DNA of 64,000 nt from Alphaproteobacteria bacterium (lineage in GTDB: Bacteria > Pseudomonadota > Alphaproteobacteria > MPNO01 > UBA830). Location: the NCBI GenBank assembly GCA_965243135.1, contig OZ251539.1, positions 5,536,001 through 5,600,000 on the forward strand, given 5' to 3'. The notes beneath the pieces were generated by a model. That model was not told where the DNA came from, ran no database searches, and was given only the letters and a program-made list of their open reading frames with translations. Numbering within the stretch: the first letter of the stretch is position 1; the number at the start of each line of letters is the position of its first letter. Of this stretch, positions 27,387 to 37,331 are shown piece after piece. The position numbers and the translations under genes are program-made.

Positions 27387-28376
27387 TCAGTATCCCTTTA
27401 CGGCATCGTCCGGGATGTCGAAGCCGCGGCCTTTCCAGTAGGCGGCCGCGGCCGGATGCACTGGAATGCCCACCGTCTTCAGATTGCCGAAATCGCCGTT
27501 CAGCGTCTTCCAGTACCGCGCGGTCTTCGCCAGTTTTTTCAGGTTGGCCGGGTCGGCGATGGTCTTCAGCAAGGCGCCCACGGCGCCGTCCGACATGCGC
27601 TTGTTCGCGATCCAGTAGACGTCGTAAGAGATCGACCGGGCAGGCTTGTCCATGCCCCGCACGTCCTTCTGGACCGGGATCGTGATCGCCGCGTAGAACG
27701 GGTTTCGCTCGATGAGGCTCTTCTGCTCGCTCTCGCTCAGTCCGACGTAGCGCACTGGTTTGGTGATGGAAAGCTGCGTCAGCGCCGGGATAAGGAAAGG
27801 CGTGCCGGCGGAGCAGAAGACGTCGATCTGGCGGTCGCCCAGGGCGCGGGCGGACGCGGCGAAGCCCAGGTTCCGGATCTTGATGTCGTCGAAAACGCCG
27901 GCGCCCTTCATGACGTTGCGGCAATTGACGTTGCTGCCCGATCCCTTGTTGAGCAGGTTGACCACCTTGCCCTTCATGTCCTGGAAAGACCGGATCGGAC
28001 TGTCGGCCAGCACGGCGATGATCTGCGACTGCTTGCGCACGTTGGCGATGATCCGGAAGTCCCGTCCGGGACCGTCCTTCTCGAACAGCCCGACGCCGTT
28101 CCACGCCTGGTAGACCTGCCCGACATGGCCCCATGCCGTATCGAAGTCTCCGAGCGACACGCGGCGGACGTTGTCGACCGATCCGTTCGAAGGCGAATAG
28201 TTGAACTTGTACTTGCCCTCGAGCGCGGCGTTCAGCATCTGGGCGCCGGCGCTCACCGCCGGATGCCAGCCGCCGCCGGCGGGGCCGCCGCCGATCCGGT
28301 ATTGCTCGACGGCCTGGGCGGAACCGGCGGCGGCGAGCGCCGCGCCGGCGATGGTCAGCGTTCTGAAGATATTCAC
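27387..28376 (-). CDS. TAXI-family TRAP solute-binding protein
   Basis: Signal peptide, IGGGPAGGGW, SNGSVDNV, DMKGKVV...GSGS, ALGDRQID, IPVHPAAAAYW. GTG start at 28376. Confidence 0.9.
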   Translation of the reverse strand: MNIFRTLTIAGAALAAAGSAQAVEQYRIGGGPAGGGWHPAVSAGAQMLNAALEGKYKFNYSPSNGSVDNVRRVSLGDFDTAWGHVGQVYQAWNGVGLFEKDGPGRDFRIIANVRKQSQIIAVLADSPIRSFQDMKGKVVNLLNKGSGSNVNCRNVMKGAGVFDDIKIRNLGFAASARALGDRQIDVFCSAGTPFLIPALTQLSITKPVRYVGLSESEQKSLIERNPFYAAITIPVQKDVRGMDKPARSISYDVYWIANKRMSDGAVGALLKTIADPANLKKLAKTARYWKTLNGDFGNLKTVGIPVHPAAAAYWKGRGFDIPDDAVKGY

Positions 28377-28408
28377 GTCTTGCTCCTTGGCTGGTTGAAG
28401 GCGGCGGG

Positions 28409-28822
28409 CTATTCGACGGGCGTGCCGGCGATGCCGTGCCGCAGATCCTTGCAGGTGAAAAACTTCGCGTCGTCGCCCGGCAGGACGTCCACGCCGTGAA
28501 CCACGCCGGCGGGAATGTAGATCAGCTCGCCCGGACCGACTTCCCGTTCCTGTCCGTCGACCACCGCGCGCAGGCGGCCCGCCATCAGGTAGATCCACTG
28601 TTCGTTCGGATGCGTGTGCGGGGCCGAGGACTGCCCGGCGGGGATGGTCATCACGCCGACCTGGGTCAATTCGCCTTCGACGACCGGACCGGCGGTCGGC
28701 GCGTAGCCCGGTCCGGCCTCCACGGTCGCGAGCGCCGCCACGTCGAAATAATAGCTTCCGTTGCCGCCCTTGTAGGCGCCTTCGGTCTTGGTCCGGGGAT
28801 GTTCGCCCATGAGGTTCTCCAT
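28409..28822 (-). CDS. Cupin-domain protein
   Basis: PHTHPNEQW and PGELIYIPAGVVHG cupin motifs. Confidence 0.88.
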   Translation of the reverse strand: MENLMGEHPRTKTEGAYKGGNGSYYFDVAALATVEAGPGYAPTAGPVVEGELTQVGVMTIPAGQSSAPHTHPNEQWIYLMAGRLRAVVDGQEREVGPGELIYIPAGVVHGVDVLPGDDAKFFTCKDLRHGIAGTPVE

Positions 28823-28896
28823 TTTCTGCCGACCCTGCGAGGGTAGTCGCAGCCTTGCGCGGCGGCAACCCGGTCGCTTTCCGCGCCGGGGCCGTC

Positions 28897-29107
28897 CGTT
28901 GCGCGGCGCCGTTTTTCGTCGGCTGCCCGTCCGGTCGGCGGCGTGAGGCGGCGCGAATTTCCGGGCAGCCCCGTTTGCTGCGCCGAAGCCGGGGGAAGGC
29001 CGGACAACGCCCCGGAACTCCGAAGCGCAGCCGGCCCGCCGCGGGCGGATTCGGAAACCGCGACGGTGCGTTCCTCAAGAAGAAGACCGGTTTTCTCCGC
29101 GCGCGAC
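28897..29107 (+). repeat. Dispersed non-coding repeat, uninterrupted ('empty') copy A
   Basis: 28897-28989 matches the reverse complement of 43200-43287. 28982-29107 matches the reverse complement of about 42559-42675. Confidence 0.85.
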
Positions 29108-29310
29108 CGCGCTCCGTCACCGCGTCGCGCCCGTCGACCGTCAGTCGCGGATGTCCTGCAAAATCCGCCCTGTCGCGCGGCCCGTCCCCAAAGCGCTCGC
29201 CTTTCGGCGCGCGAGTCCGGCCGCCGCGGCGAACTACCCCTGGAACTCGACGTAGAAGACAAGGAGCCTGGACGACGCCTTGCCGGCGACGGGACCGCAA
29301 CAGGTGGCTC

Positions 29311-29342
29311 GCCTCGAAGCCGCTGCGCCGCGGCTTCGAGGC
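29311..29342. terminator. 13-bp stem hairpin downstream of the autotransporter
   Basis: GCCTCGAAGCCGC-tgcgcc-GCGGCTTCGAGGC. Confidence 0.45.
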
Positions 29343-29477
29343 GCGGAATATCCGCGTCCTCCGCCGTTTCCCGTGCGGCGTCGACCGCCTCCCGGGTTTT
29401 CGGCTCCGAATTCTTTCGTTTCCGTCGGACCGCGAACTTTCGGTCGGTCCGCGCAAAACGAGGCCGGCCCGCCGCCG

Positions 29478-32400
29478 TCAGAAGCGCATCGCGAGGCTGA
29501 TTCCGCCGTCGAATTCGCCGTTGTCGATGCCGCGGGCGGCGTATCCGGCGGAGGCGCGCAGCGCGTAGCGGCCGTCCCCCCAGCCGTGCGCGCCGCCGGC
29601 TCCGATGCGGAACCCCGTCTTCTCCGTCTCGGTCGCGCTCAGCGCGACGTCCGAAGCCAGGTGCGCCCCCCAGATCCGCGCCGACCTCCTGTCCGAGAAC
29701 TCGTGGGTGGCCTCCACCGAACCGAACAGCCGGAAGCCGGCCTCCATCTCGACGCGCAGCCCGGCGCGGCCCACGAGGCTCCGCGCGTCCTCCACCGACA
29801 CGCGCTCGTTGGCGCTTCGCGCGAAACTCAGATCCACCTCGGACCAGGAGAGGCCGGCGCCGGGCGTCACGGTCAGACCGCCGCCCATGTCCGTCCGCCG
29901 CCCGACCTCCACGCCGAGAGCCAACCCCAGCCCCTTCGCGTTGTCCGTCAGAACCGTCCGGCCGGAGGTCAGCTCGACATCGTACCAGGTCGCCATCGCC
30001 TGCGCGTCCACGTGGAAGCCGCCGCCGAGGAACGCCGTCCCGTGCGCGCCCGCGCCGACCCCGGACAGATCGATCTCGGCGCCGGACCCCGCCATCTCCG
30101 CCGAGCCCTGCAGCCCGCGCACCGACACGCCGAACCGCCCGTCGCCGCCCACCGCGAAGTCCACCCCCGCCTGCACGCCGTACCGGCGGTAGTCGAAGGC
30201 CATGTTCGGCTGCGTCGCGTTCTTCGCCCTCCACTCGCCGTCCGCGCCGTCGATCCGCGCCCAGCCGCCGGCGGCGTCCCGCGCCGCCGCCATGCGCTCC
30301 CCGTAGGTCGGCAGCCCGTTCATCGCCAGCAGCGCCGCCGGCAGCGCCTCGTAGAGGCGGCACTTGTCCGGTATCCCCGCCATGGCGCAATCCATGCGGC
30401 CCATGAGGCGTTCCGGCTCCCTGTCGGGTTCGAGTTCCCGCTCCCTGCCGGGGCCGGGTTCCTCCCTGCCGGGGCCGGATTCCAGAGAGTTTCCGTCAAC
30501 AATCACCGGAAAATACATGCCGCTGTTCAGATCCGGATCGGACGGCTCCCCCATGGCGACCCGGATTTCGCCGCCTCCTTCGCCGCCGACGGTGCCGCCC
30601 AGTCGTTCGATCGCGTCCTTGCGGCTCGCCGGCGTGAATCCGCCGCCTTCGGCGGCGAGATCGGGATCCTGGATCGCGATCAACACGGTCCGGTCGCCCT
30701 CCCGCAGGATCGCGACAGTCGCCCCGTTGGGGTTCACGCGCCCCTTCGGACCGACGACGACGCGGCCGCCGCCGGTCAGATGCACCGCCGCGCCCGCGCC
30801 CGCGCTGCCGCGCACCTCGCCGTCGATGCGGATCTCCGCCCGGCCGGGATCGTTGACCAGGATGGCGGGTTGCCCGGAACCGGCGATCAGCAAGCCTCTC
30901 TCGCCGACCGTCAGCCTGCCGCCGCCCGCCAGATGCACGGCCGCGTCCGTCCCGCCCGTCACCGTGCCGTGCACCGTCACGGTCTGCTTCAGGATGTCGT
31001 CGTCGGTTCCGGCGGTCTCGTCCTCGCCCGCGCCCAGCCCCGCGTTCTCGACGTGGATGCCGGCCATGCCGCCGGTGACGGTCGCGCCCGCGGCGACGGT
31101 GACGCGTATGGCCCCGTTGTCGTCGTCGGACGTCGGGTAGTAGGCGTGAATGCCGTGGTGGCCCGTCGAGCGGACCCTTGCGCCCGCGGCCACGTCGATG
31201 GCGATGTCGACGGCGTCTCGCGAGACGGCCTCGATGGCGGGCACGTTCTCCGTCTCCACGATCTCGCCGCTTGCCACGCTTATTTCGGAAGCGGGTTTCA
31301 GAGCGATTTCGTCGAGAGTTACCGGAAAATATGCGCCGCTGGGGGTATCCGGATCGTCCGGCTCCCCCATGGCGACCCGGATTTCGCCGCCTCCTTCGCC
31401 GCCGACCGCGCCGCCCAGCCGCTCGATCGCGTCTTCGACGCCCGGCTGCGTGAACCCGCCGCCGTCGAGGGCGAGGCCAGGATCCTGGAGCACGATCAGC
31501 TCGGTCCTCTCGCCGTCGCGCCGGATCGCGAGTTCGGCCCCGTTGTCGAGCGCTACGCGTCCGGCCGGGCCGACCGTCAGCTCGCTGCCGGCGCCGGCCA
31601 GATGCACTGCCGGCGTCGCTTCGGCTCCGCCGCCTCGGCCGCCGCGCACCTCGCCGTCGACGCGAACGACCGCCCGCCCGCCGGCCAGGATCGCCAGGCC
31701 CGAAGAGCCGGCGCGCACCTTGCCCGTTGCGCCGACCGTCAGCCTGCCGCCGCCCGCCAGATGCACGGCCGCGCCCGCCCCGCCCGTCACCGTGCCGTGC
31801 ACCGTCACGGTCTGCTTCAGGATGCGGTCGGCGCCCGTTCCCGTGGCGCCCGCGTTGGCGGCGTAGATCCCCGCCATGCCGCCCTCGACGGTCGCGCCGG
31901 CGGCGATGGCGACGGAGATGGCCCCGTTGTCGTCGTGGGGCGTCGCGTAGTAGGCGCGGATGCCGTCGCCCCGCGAGTCGATGGAGCCGGCCGTCATGCT
32001 GACGCGGATGTCGTCCAGGTTGCGGCGATCCAGCAGCGCCTTCACCAGGCTCCAGTAGTCGCTGTCGTTCGCGGCGTCGTCCGTGAAGCCCGCGGCCGTG
32101 AGCGCGTCGTCCACGCCATCGTTCGTCGCCACCGCCCGCAGGATCGCCTTCTCGTCGTCCGAGAGGCCCTGCGCCAGGACGTTCCGCAGCAGGGTTCTCG
32201 TGGCCCCGTTGTTCGTGCTCAGATACGTCACAATCTGCGTGTCGGTCAGTTCGGACACGGCGGTCGTGGCCGTGGTCCCGATGGCGGTGAGGATCGGCGC
32301 CGCGACCGCGATCTCGTCGTTGCCGAGCGCCGCCCGGAACTGCGCCAGGATGGCCGCCCTCCGCGAATCGGCGTGCGTCGTCGACAGCAGGTTCATCTGC

Positions 32401-34184
32401 GCCGCGTTGTCCGCAACCGCGCCCGGGTCGTCGCCCTTGGCCACCTGCGCCGCCACGTCGCGCCAGGACAGGGCGTGCGCCTCGATGCCCGCCGCCCCGC
32501 CGTAGTGGAGCGTCCCCTCGACGGCCTTCACGGCCGCCGACTCCCGGTCGAAGGCCAGTACTTGCGCCGCGGTCGCCGCCCGGAAGCGGCCCTGGTCGTC
32601 CGTCGCCGTCCCGCGCGCGACGTTGCCTCCCGTCCAGGCGACGTCGATCGCGGGCACGTGATTCCCGTCGCCGTCCACGCTGCGCGCATCGCCCATCGCG
32701 CTTTCGCGCGTGACCTCGAGGTAGACGCCCGTGCGGCCCGAAATCGTCCCCGCCGTCTGGTCGAAGTCGATCCGCGCCGCCTTGCCGACGTAGACGCCGT
32801 GCCACCGCCCCGAGACGTTGCCGCTGGTCGTGGACGTGCCGCCGTTCGCGAACGTAATGTCGCCCTCGACGCGCCGCTCGATGCGGATGCCGTCTCCGTC
32901 CTCCGACGCGACGGCGCCGGAGTTCGTGAGCTCGATGTCATCGTCCGCCGTGGCCGTGAAGACGTAGAGGGCGTGGTTCTTCGAGCTGAGGGCGCCGCGG
33001 TTGTCGACCGTGAGGGTGCCGCTGTTGGTGGCGTAGGTTCTTCCGCTGCCGAAGGTGACGCCCTCCGCCAGATAGATGGCGTGCCCCGTGTGCTGCGCCG
33101 CGTCGGCCGTCGCCGTCACGGCCCCGCTGTTGGTGAGCTCGACCGCGCCGCCGGAGACCTTCGTGAGCCGGATGCCGAACTCGGCCGCGGTGATGGCGCC
33201 GGAGTTCGTGAGCGTGATGGCCTGGGCGCTCTGGTTGTCCCAGTACTTGTAGTTGAACTGGATGCCCTGCTTCGCCGTCTGCCCCGTCGCCGCGGCGATG
33301 TCCCCGCTGTTGTCGAGGCTCAGGGCGCCGGCGCCCCAGTAGTTCATCAGGATGCCGGTGTAGGCGCCCCCCACCGTGATGTCGCCCGAGTTGGTGACGG
33401 TCAGCGAGCCGGTCCTCTGGGTCCCCCCATGCAGCACGTGGATGCCGTGCGGCCGGTCGACGTAGGTGCCGGTGGCGGCGGCGTTGCCGACGCCCGAGTG
33501 GATGGCGCCGGTGTTGGTGACGGTGGTCGCGTCGTTGGTGCCCCCCACCGTCCGGCCAACCCGGATGCCCTGCCCGGCGGCATGGATGGTCGCCGCGCTG
33601 GTGATCGTGCCGGCGGTGGCGCCCACGCCCTGGCTGGCAGCAGTGGGGCGCAGGTCGACGAAGATGCCGTTCTGCTTCATCGGGGTGGCCGAACTCCCGA
33701 TGGTCACCCCGCTTCTCACGTCCAGCGTCGTCGTCCGATTGTTGGCTATCTGCCTCAGATAGACGCCGTTGTTCCGGTTGGCGCCGCTCACCGAGTTCGT
33801 CCCCTGGACGATGTTCACGACGTGGGCGGTCCCGCCGGTCGAGCCCCCGACGTTGACCGTGAATCCGTGGGTGGCCTGGCTCTCCACGTGAATGCCGGCC
33901 GCCTGCGACCCCAACGTGATCGTGGTCGACCCGGCGCTGCGGCCCGGGACGCTGACCGTGGGGTTGGTGCCGGCGAGTTTGGCGCTCTCGGGGTAGTAGA
34001 TGCCGTCGTTGTACGTCGCGCCCGAGCAGGTGAGGACGTTCGCGCCTGACGGCCCGCATTCTATCAGCGCCCGCGCCTCCCCCGGCGCCAGCAGCAGCGC
34101 CGCCGCCAGCAGCGCGGCGCCCAGCGCGCCGGAAACGGGCATGGCCGGCTTCCCGCCCGCCGCTTCCGGGAGTCGGGCCTTCAT
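29478..34184 (-). CDS. Large autotransporter (type Va) adhesin-like protein
   Basis: Signal peptide (ALLAAALLLAPGEARA), Gly/Thr/Asn-rich beta-helix repeats (TNSGAITA), internal duplication, C-terminal beta-barrel ending LAMRF. Confidence 0.9.
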   Translation of the reverse strand: MKARLPEAAGGKPAMPVSGALGAALLAAALLLAPGEARALIECGPSGANVLTCSGATYNDGIYYPESAKLAGTNPTVSVPGRSAGSTTITLGSQAAGIHVESQATHGFTVNVGGSTGGTAHVVNIVQGTNSVSGANRNNGVYLRQIANNRTTTLDVRSGVTIGSSATPMKQNGIFVDLRPTAASQGVGATAGTITSAATIHAAGQGIRVGRTVGGTNDATTVTNTGAIHSGVGNAAATGTYVDRPHGIHVLHGGTQRTGSLTVTNSGDITVGGAYTGILMNYWGAGALSLDNSGDIAAATGQTAKQGIQFNYKYWDNQSAQAITLTNSGAITAAEFGIRLTKVSGGAVELTNSGAVTATADAAQHTGHAIYLAEGVTFGSGRTYATNSGTLTVDNRGALSSKNHALYVFTATADDDIELTNSGAVASEDGDGIRIERRVEGDITFANGGTSTTSGNVSGRWHGVYVGKAARIDFDQTAGTISGRTGVYLEVTRESAMGDARSVDGDGNHVPAIDVAWTGGNVARGTATDDQGRFRAATAAQVLAFDRESAAVKAVEGTLHYGGAAGIEAHALSWRDVAAQVAKGDDPGAVADNAAQMNLLSTTHADSRRAAILAQFRAALGNDEIAVAAPILTAIGTTATTAVSELTDTQIVTYLSTNNGATRTLLRNVLAQGLSDDEKAILRAVATNDGVDDALTAAGFTDDAANDSDYWSLVKALLDRRNLDDIRVSMTAGSIDSRGDGIRAYYATPHDDNGAISVAIAAGATVEGGMAGIYAANAGATGTGADRILKQTVTVHGTVTGGAGAAVHLAGGGRLTVGATGKVRAGSSGLAILAGGRAVVRVDGEVRGGRGGGAEATPAVHLAGAGSELTVGPAGRVALDNGAELAIRRDGERTELIVLQDPGLALDGGGFTQPGVEDAIERLGGAVGGEGGGEIRVAMGEPDDPDTPSGAYFPVTLDEIALKPASEISVASGEIVETENVPAIEAVSRDAVDIAIDVAAGARVRSTGHHGIHAYYPTSDDDNGAIRVTVAAGATVTGGMAGIHVENAGLGAGEDETAGTDDDILKQTVTVHGTVTGGTDAAVHLAGGGRLTVGERGLLIAGSGQPAILVNDPGRAEIRIDGEVRGSAGAGAAVHLTGGGRVVVGPKGRVNPNGATVAILREGDRTVLIAIQDPDLAAEGGGFTPASRKDAIERLGGTVGGEGGGEIRVAMGEPSDPDLNSGMYFPVIVDGNSLESGPGREEPGPGRERELEPDREPERLMGRMDCAMAGIPDKCRLYEALPAALLAMNGLPTYGERMAAARDAAGGWARIDGADGEWRAKNATQPNMAFDYRRYGVQAGVDFAVGGDGRFGVSVRGLQGSAEMAGSGAEIDLSGVGAGAHGTAFLGGGFHVDAQAMATWYDVELTSGRTVLTDNAKGLGLALGVEVGRRTDMGGGLTVTPGAGLSWSEVDLSFARSANERVSVEDARSLVGRAGLRVEMEAGFRLFGSVEATHEFSDRRSARIWGAHLASDVALSATETEKTGFRIGAGGAHGWGDGRYALRASAGYAARGIDNGEFDGGISLAMRF
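30500..31975 (-). repeat. Internal tandem duplication (about 0.82 kb period) in the autotransporter passenger
   Basis: CCATGGCGACCCGGATTTCGCCGCCTCC at 30551 and 31367, ACCGTGCCGTGCACCGTCACGGTCTGCTTCAGGATG at 30961 and 31789. Confidence 0.9.
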
Positions 34185-34203
34185 TCCGGGACACCCATGC
34201 GGC

Positions 34204-34219
34204 GGGGGGGGGGGGGGGG
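34204..34219 (-). repeat. G16/C16 homopolymer in the 5' region of the autotransporter
   Basis: 16 consecutive G on the + strand, between ATG 34245 and ATG 34184. Confidence 0.9.
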
Positions 34220-34400
34220 ATTATGCGGTCAGTGCTTCCGGCCATCCTCGGGATCCTCGTCTCTCGTCAAGGTCATGCTCGAACGCATAAACGTAATCCG
34301 TGAACGACGCAAGATTCTCAATCTTGCCCTCGGTTTGCCGTCCGCCGGGCATTCGACTATACGGCTATGCTGAACGTGGTTGCAGAAAAGGGAGGAAAGC

Positions 34401-35501
34401 ATGCTTGCACGTCGGGCGCGCATTGGCGCCGTAATGTTGGTTTCGCTCGCGCCGCTCGCGGCGGGAGCTCAGAGCCTCACGCCGCAGGAGAAGGGCCTCG
34501 TCGAGGCCGCCAAGGCCGAAGGCGCCGTCACCATCATCAATCCGCTGTTTAGCGATCGCACCGGGCGGCTTCTCGGCAAGGCGTTCGTCGCGCGCTACGG
34601 CCTCGGCGACGGCTTCAAGTTCAACAATCTCCGCAAGGGCACCGGAGCCAGCGTCTCCCAGGTCCGCCAGGAAATAAAGGCGGGCAAGTTCACCGTCGAC
34701 GTGGCGCTGGTCAGCGCCCCGGGATTCTTCGACGCGGCGGCCGAGCGCGGCGCCTTCGAGAAGCTCGACAGCGGCTACTGGAAGGACAGCGAGGAGGTCG
34801 CCAGGGCGGCCGGCCAGTACTTCAAGTACCCATACGTCGTCACGCCGCTGGCGTACACGTTCCAACCGGTGTGGAACGCGTCCTGCCCCGGGATGGAGAA
34901 CTTCAGCGTCTCGACCTACCCCGAAGCGGTGCAGGCGGTCGTGAAGGGCAAGACCATCGCTTCCGACATCACGAAGAGCTTCACCTACACCAACACGGTC
35001 ATCGCGCTGCAGAAGGCCGGCGCGGTGGACTTTCCCGCCTTCTGGCCGAAGCTGAAGGCGACCGATCCGATCGTCGAGTTCCGCACCGAGCCGAAAATGC
35101 AGATGGTCATTTCGTGCCAGCGTCCGTTCGACATGTGGAACCTGTCCGGGCGCGTTTACCAGAACGTCCTCAAGCAACCGGCCCTGAAGGGAAAGATCAA
35201 GATCGGCTCCTACAAGGAAGGCCAGGTGATGCTCGGCAACCAGGCCGCCGTGCTCAAGGGCTCGCCGCATCCCAACGCGGGCAAGCTGCTTATCGAGTTC
35301 CTGCTGAGCAAGGAAGGAACGGACATCTTCGTCGACGGGGAAGCGATCTACAGCTTCCGCAAGGGATACGAGCCGCCGGCGTCCGCCGCGCCCTACCTGA
35401 TGAATCTCGCCGAACAGAAGCTCGTCGGGCTGGACGATTGGGTGGGAGCCCAGCGCGAGTTCAAGGGCGTGCGGGGAGAGTGGCAGAACAATTTCCGTTG
35501 A
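34401..35501 (+). CDS. ABC transporter substrate-binding protein (Fe3+/thiamine/polyamine-like family)
   Basis: GGAGG RBS, signal peptide, LVEAAKAEGAV, SPHPNAGKLLIEFLLSKEG. Confidence 0.9.
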   Translation: MLARRARIGAVMLVSLAPLAAGAQSLTPQEKGLVEAAKAEGAVTIINPLFSDRTGRLLGKAFVARYGLGDGFKFNNLRKGTGASVSQVRQEIKAGKFTVDVALVSAPGFFDAAAERGAFEKLDSGYWKDSEEVARAAGQYFKYPYVVTPLAYTFQPVWNASCPGMENFSVSTYPEAVQAVVKGKTIASDITKSFTYTNTVIALQKAGAVDFPAFWPKLKATDPIVEFRTEPKMQMVISCQRPFDMWNLSGRVYQNVLKQPALKGKIKIGSYKEGQVMLGNQAAVLKGSPHPNAGKLLIEFLLSKEGTDIFVDGEAIYSFRKGYEPPASAAPYLMNLAEQKLVGLDDWVGAQREFKGVRGEWQNNFR

Positions 35502-35510
35502 ACGCGCGTT

Positions 35511-35540
35511 GCCGGCGGGGCGCCTGAAGCCCCGCCGGCC
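35511..35540. terminator. Hairpin between the SBP and permease genes
   Basis: GCCGGCGGGGC...GCCCCGCCGGC inverted repeat. Confidence 0.5.
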
Positions 35541-35597
35541 TGACGCGGGGCCGCGGCCGGCGTCCCGGTCCAGGCGGTCGCCGACGGAAGCCGGACG

Positions 35598-37331
35598 ATG
35601 ACCGCCGTATCCGGCAACCGGACGCGCAACCGCCTGCGCGGGCTGCTCACCCAGGAAAACGTCGCGACCCTGGCCGTCAGCCTGATCGTCGGCGTCGCGG
35701 TCATCCTGCCCCTGATCACGCTGCTCGTCAGCAGCTTCAGGGTGCTCGATCCCCTCGGATGGGACACGGCGTGGGGCTTCGGCAACTACGTCGTCATGGT
35801 CACCGACCGCGTCATTCCGAAAGCCTTCGTCAACACGGTGATCATCAGCGCCGGCTCGACGGTGCTGGCGACGGTGCTGGGCGTGTCGCTCGCCTGGATC
35901 AACGCCCGGACCAACTGCCCGCTTCGCGACTACCTCGAACCGTACAATCTGGTGCCGTTCTTTCTCAGCCCGTTCGTCGGCGCGATCGCATGGCACAATC
36001 TCGCCGCCCCGCGCACGGGCTTGCTCAACGCATGGGCGCGCGATCTGCTGGGGATCGAGGGGCATCTGTTCAACGTCGACAACATCTGGGGCGTGATCTG
36101 GGTTACCGGCATCTTCTTCACGCCTCTGGTCTACCTGTTCGTCGTCGGCTCGCTGCGGCGCATGGACCCGTCGCTGGAGGACAGCGCGCGCACGACCGGA
36201 GCCGGATTGCTGCGCACCACGCTGACGGTCACGCTGCCGCTGGTCATGCCGGGCATTCTGTCGGGGGCGATCATCGTGTTCGTCACCAGCGCCGGCGAGT
36301 TCGGCGTGCCCTTCAAGCTCAGCGCGCCTTACGGGTGGGAGACGCTGACGACGCAGATATTCTCGAAGGCGGTCGGCGACGACGCCAACCATTATCTCGG
36401 AGCCACGATGAGCATGGCTCTCGGCGTCATAACGGTTTTCCTGATCTGGATTCAGCAGCGCTACATCGCGCCGCGCTCCTTCACGACGGTGACCGGGAAG
36501 GGCTACCGCCCGAACGTGCTCGACCTGGGCGGCTGGCGATGGGCGGCGTTCGGCTACAACCTGTTCTACATCCTGGTGGCGGTGGTCCTGCCCATCGCCT
36601 GCCTCGCGATCGTGAGCCTGCATCCGGTCTGGACGGCCGAGATCCAGCTTTCCGAGATCACCCTGCGCAACTACGAAAAGACGCTGTTCTTCTGGGATCC
36701 GGACAGCATCGAAGCGGCGACCAACGGAATCCTGAACAGTTTCTTCCTGGCGTTCGTCGGCGCGTCCATCGCGATGGCGCTGGCTCTGGTCGTCAGCTAC
36801 ATGATCCACCGCACCCAGGGCTTCGGGTCGCGCCTGCTCGATTTCCTTTGCGTCGTGCCCATCGGCTTTCCGGGAATCGTGCTGGCCATGGGCGTGCTGG
36901 TCACCTACATCCAGACGCCGATCTACGCGACGCTGTGGATTTTGCTGCTCGGCTACATCACGCGCTTCTTTCCCTACGGCCAGCGCAACGTGTCTTCGGT
37001 CATGCTCGCGATTTCCGAAGAGCTCGACCAGAGCTCGCGGATGGCGGGGGCGAGCTGGTTCACGACGCTGCGCCGCATCACCATACCGCTTCTGAAACCC
37101 GGCATCTTCGCGGGCTGGGTCCTGCTGTTCATCATCTATCTGCGGGAGCTGTCGATTTCGATAATCCTGTACACGACGGGGACCGAGACCCTGTCCGTCG
37201 GCGTCTACTATCTGACCAATTTCGAGAACGAGCCCCTGACGGCGGCGTTGTCGATGGCGCAGACGGCGGTGCTTCTGGCGTGCATCTACCTCTTCCGGCG
37301 GCTCGCCGGGCGCGAGGCGTTGACGGCGTGA
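35598..37331 (+). CDS. ABC transporter fused double permease (FbpB-like)
   Basis: Two EAA-type loops (MDPSLEDSARTTGA; ISEELDQSSRMAGA), FTTVTGKGYRP. Confidence 0.92.
   Translation: MTAVSGNRTRNRLRGLLTQENVATLAVSLIVGVAVILPLITLLVSSFRVLDPLGWDTAWGFGNYVVMVTDRVIPKAFVNTVIISAGSTVLATVLGVSLAWINARTNCPLRDYLEPYNLVPFFLSPFVGAIAWHNLAAPRTGLLNAWARDLLGIEGHLFNVDNIWGVIWVTGIFFTPLVYLFVVGSLRRMDPSLEDSARTTGAGLLRTTLTVTLPLVMPGILSGAIIVFVTSAGEFGVPFKLSAPYGWETLTTQIFSKAVGDDANHYLGATMSMALGVITVFLIWIQQRYIAPRSFTTVTGKGYRPNVLDLGGWRWAAFGYNLFYILVAVVLPIACLAIVSLHPVWTAEIQLSEITLRNYEKTLFFWDPDSIEAATNGILNSFFLAFVGASIAMALALVVSYMIHRTQGFGSRLLDFLCVVPIGFPGIVLAMGVLVTYIQTPIYATLWILLLGYITRFFPYGQRNVSSVMLAISEELDQSSRMAGASWFTTLRRITIPLLKPGIFAGWVLLFIIYLRELSISIILYTTGTETLSVGVYYLTNFENEPLTAALSMAQTAVLLACIYLFRRLAGREALTA

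Noticed and set aside
27387-29456. 689-aa ORF as a fusion protein
   Set aside because: Only the part from GTG 28376 is TAXI-like. The upstream part overlaps the cupin gene and the non-coding repeat.
29280-34049. 1589-aa + strand ORF
   Set aside because: Antisense shadow of the autotransporter. Its internal repeat just mirrors the passenger duplication.
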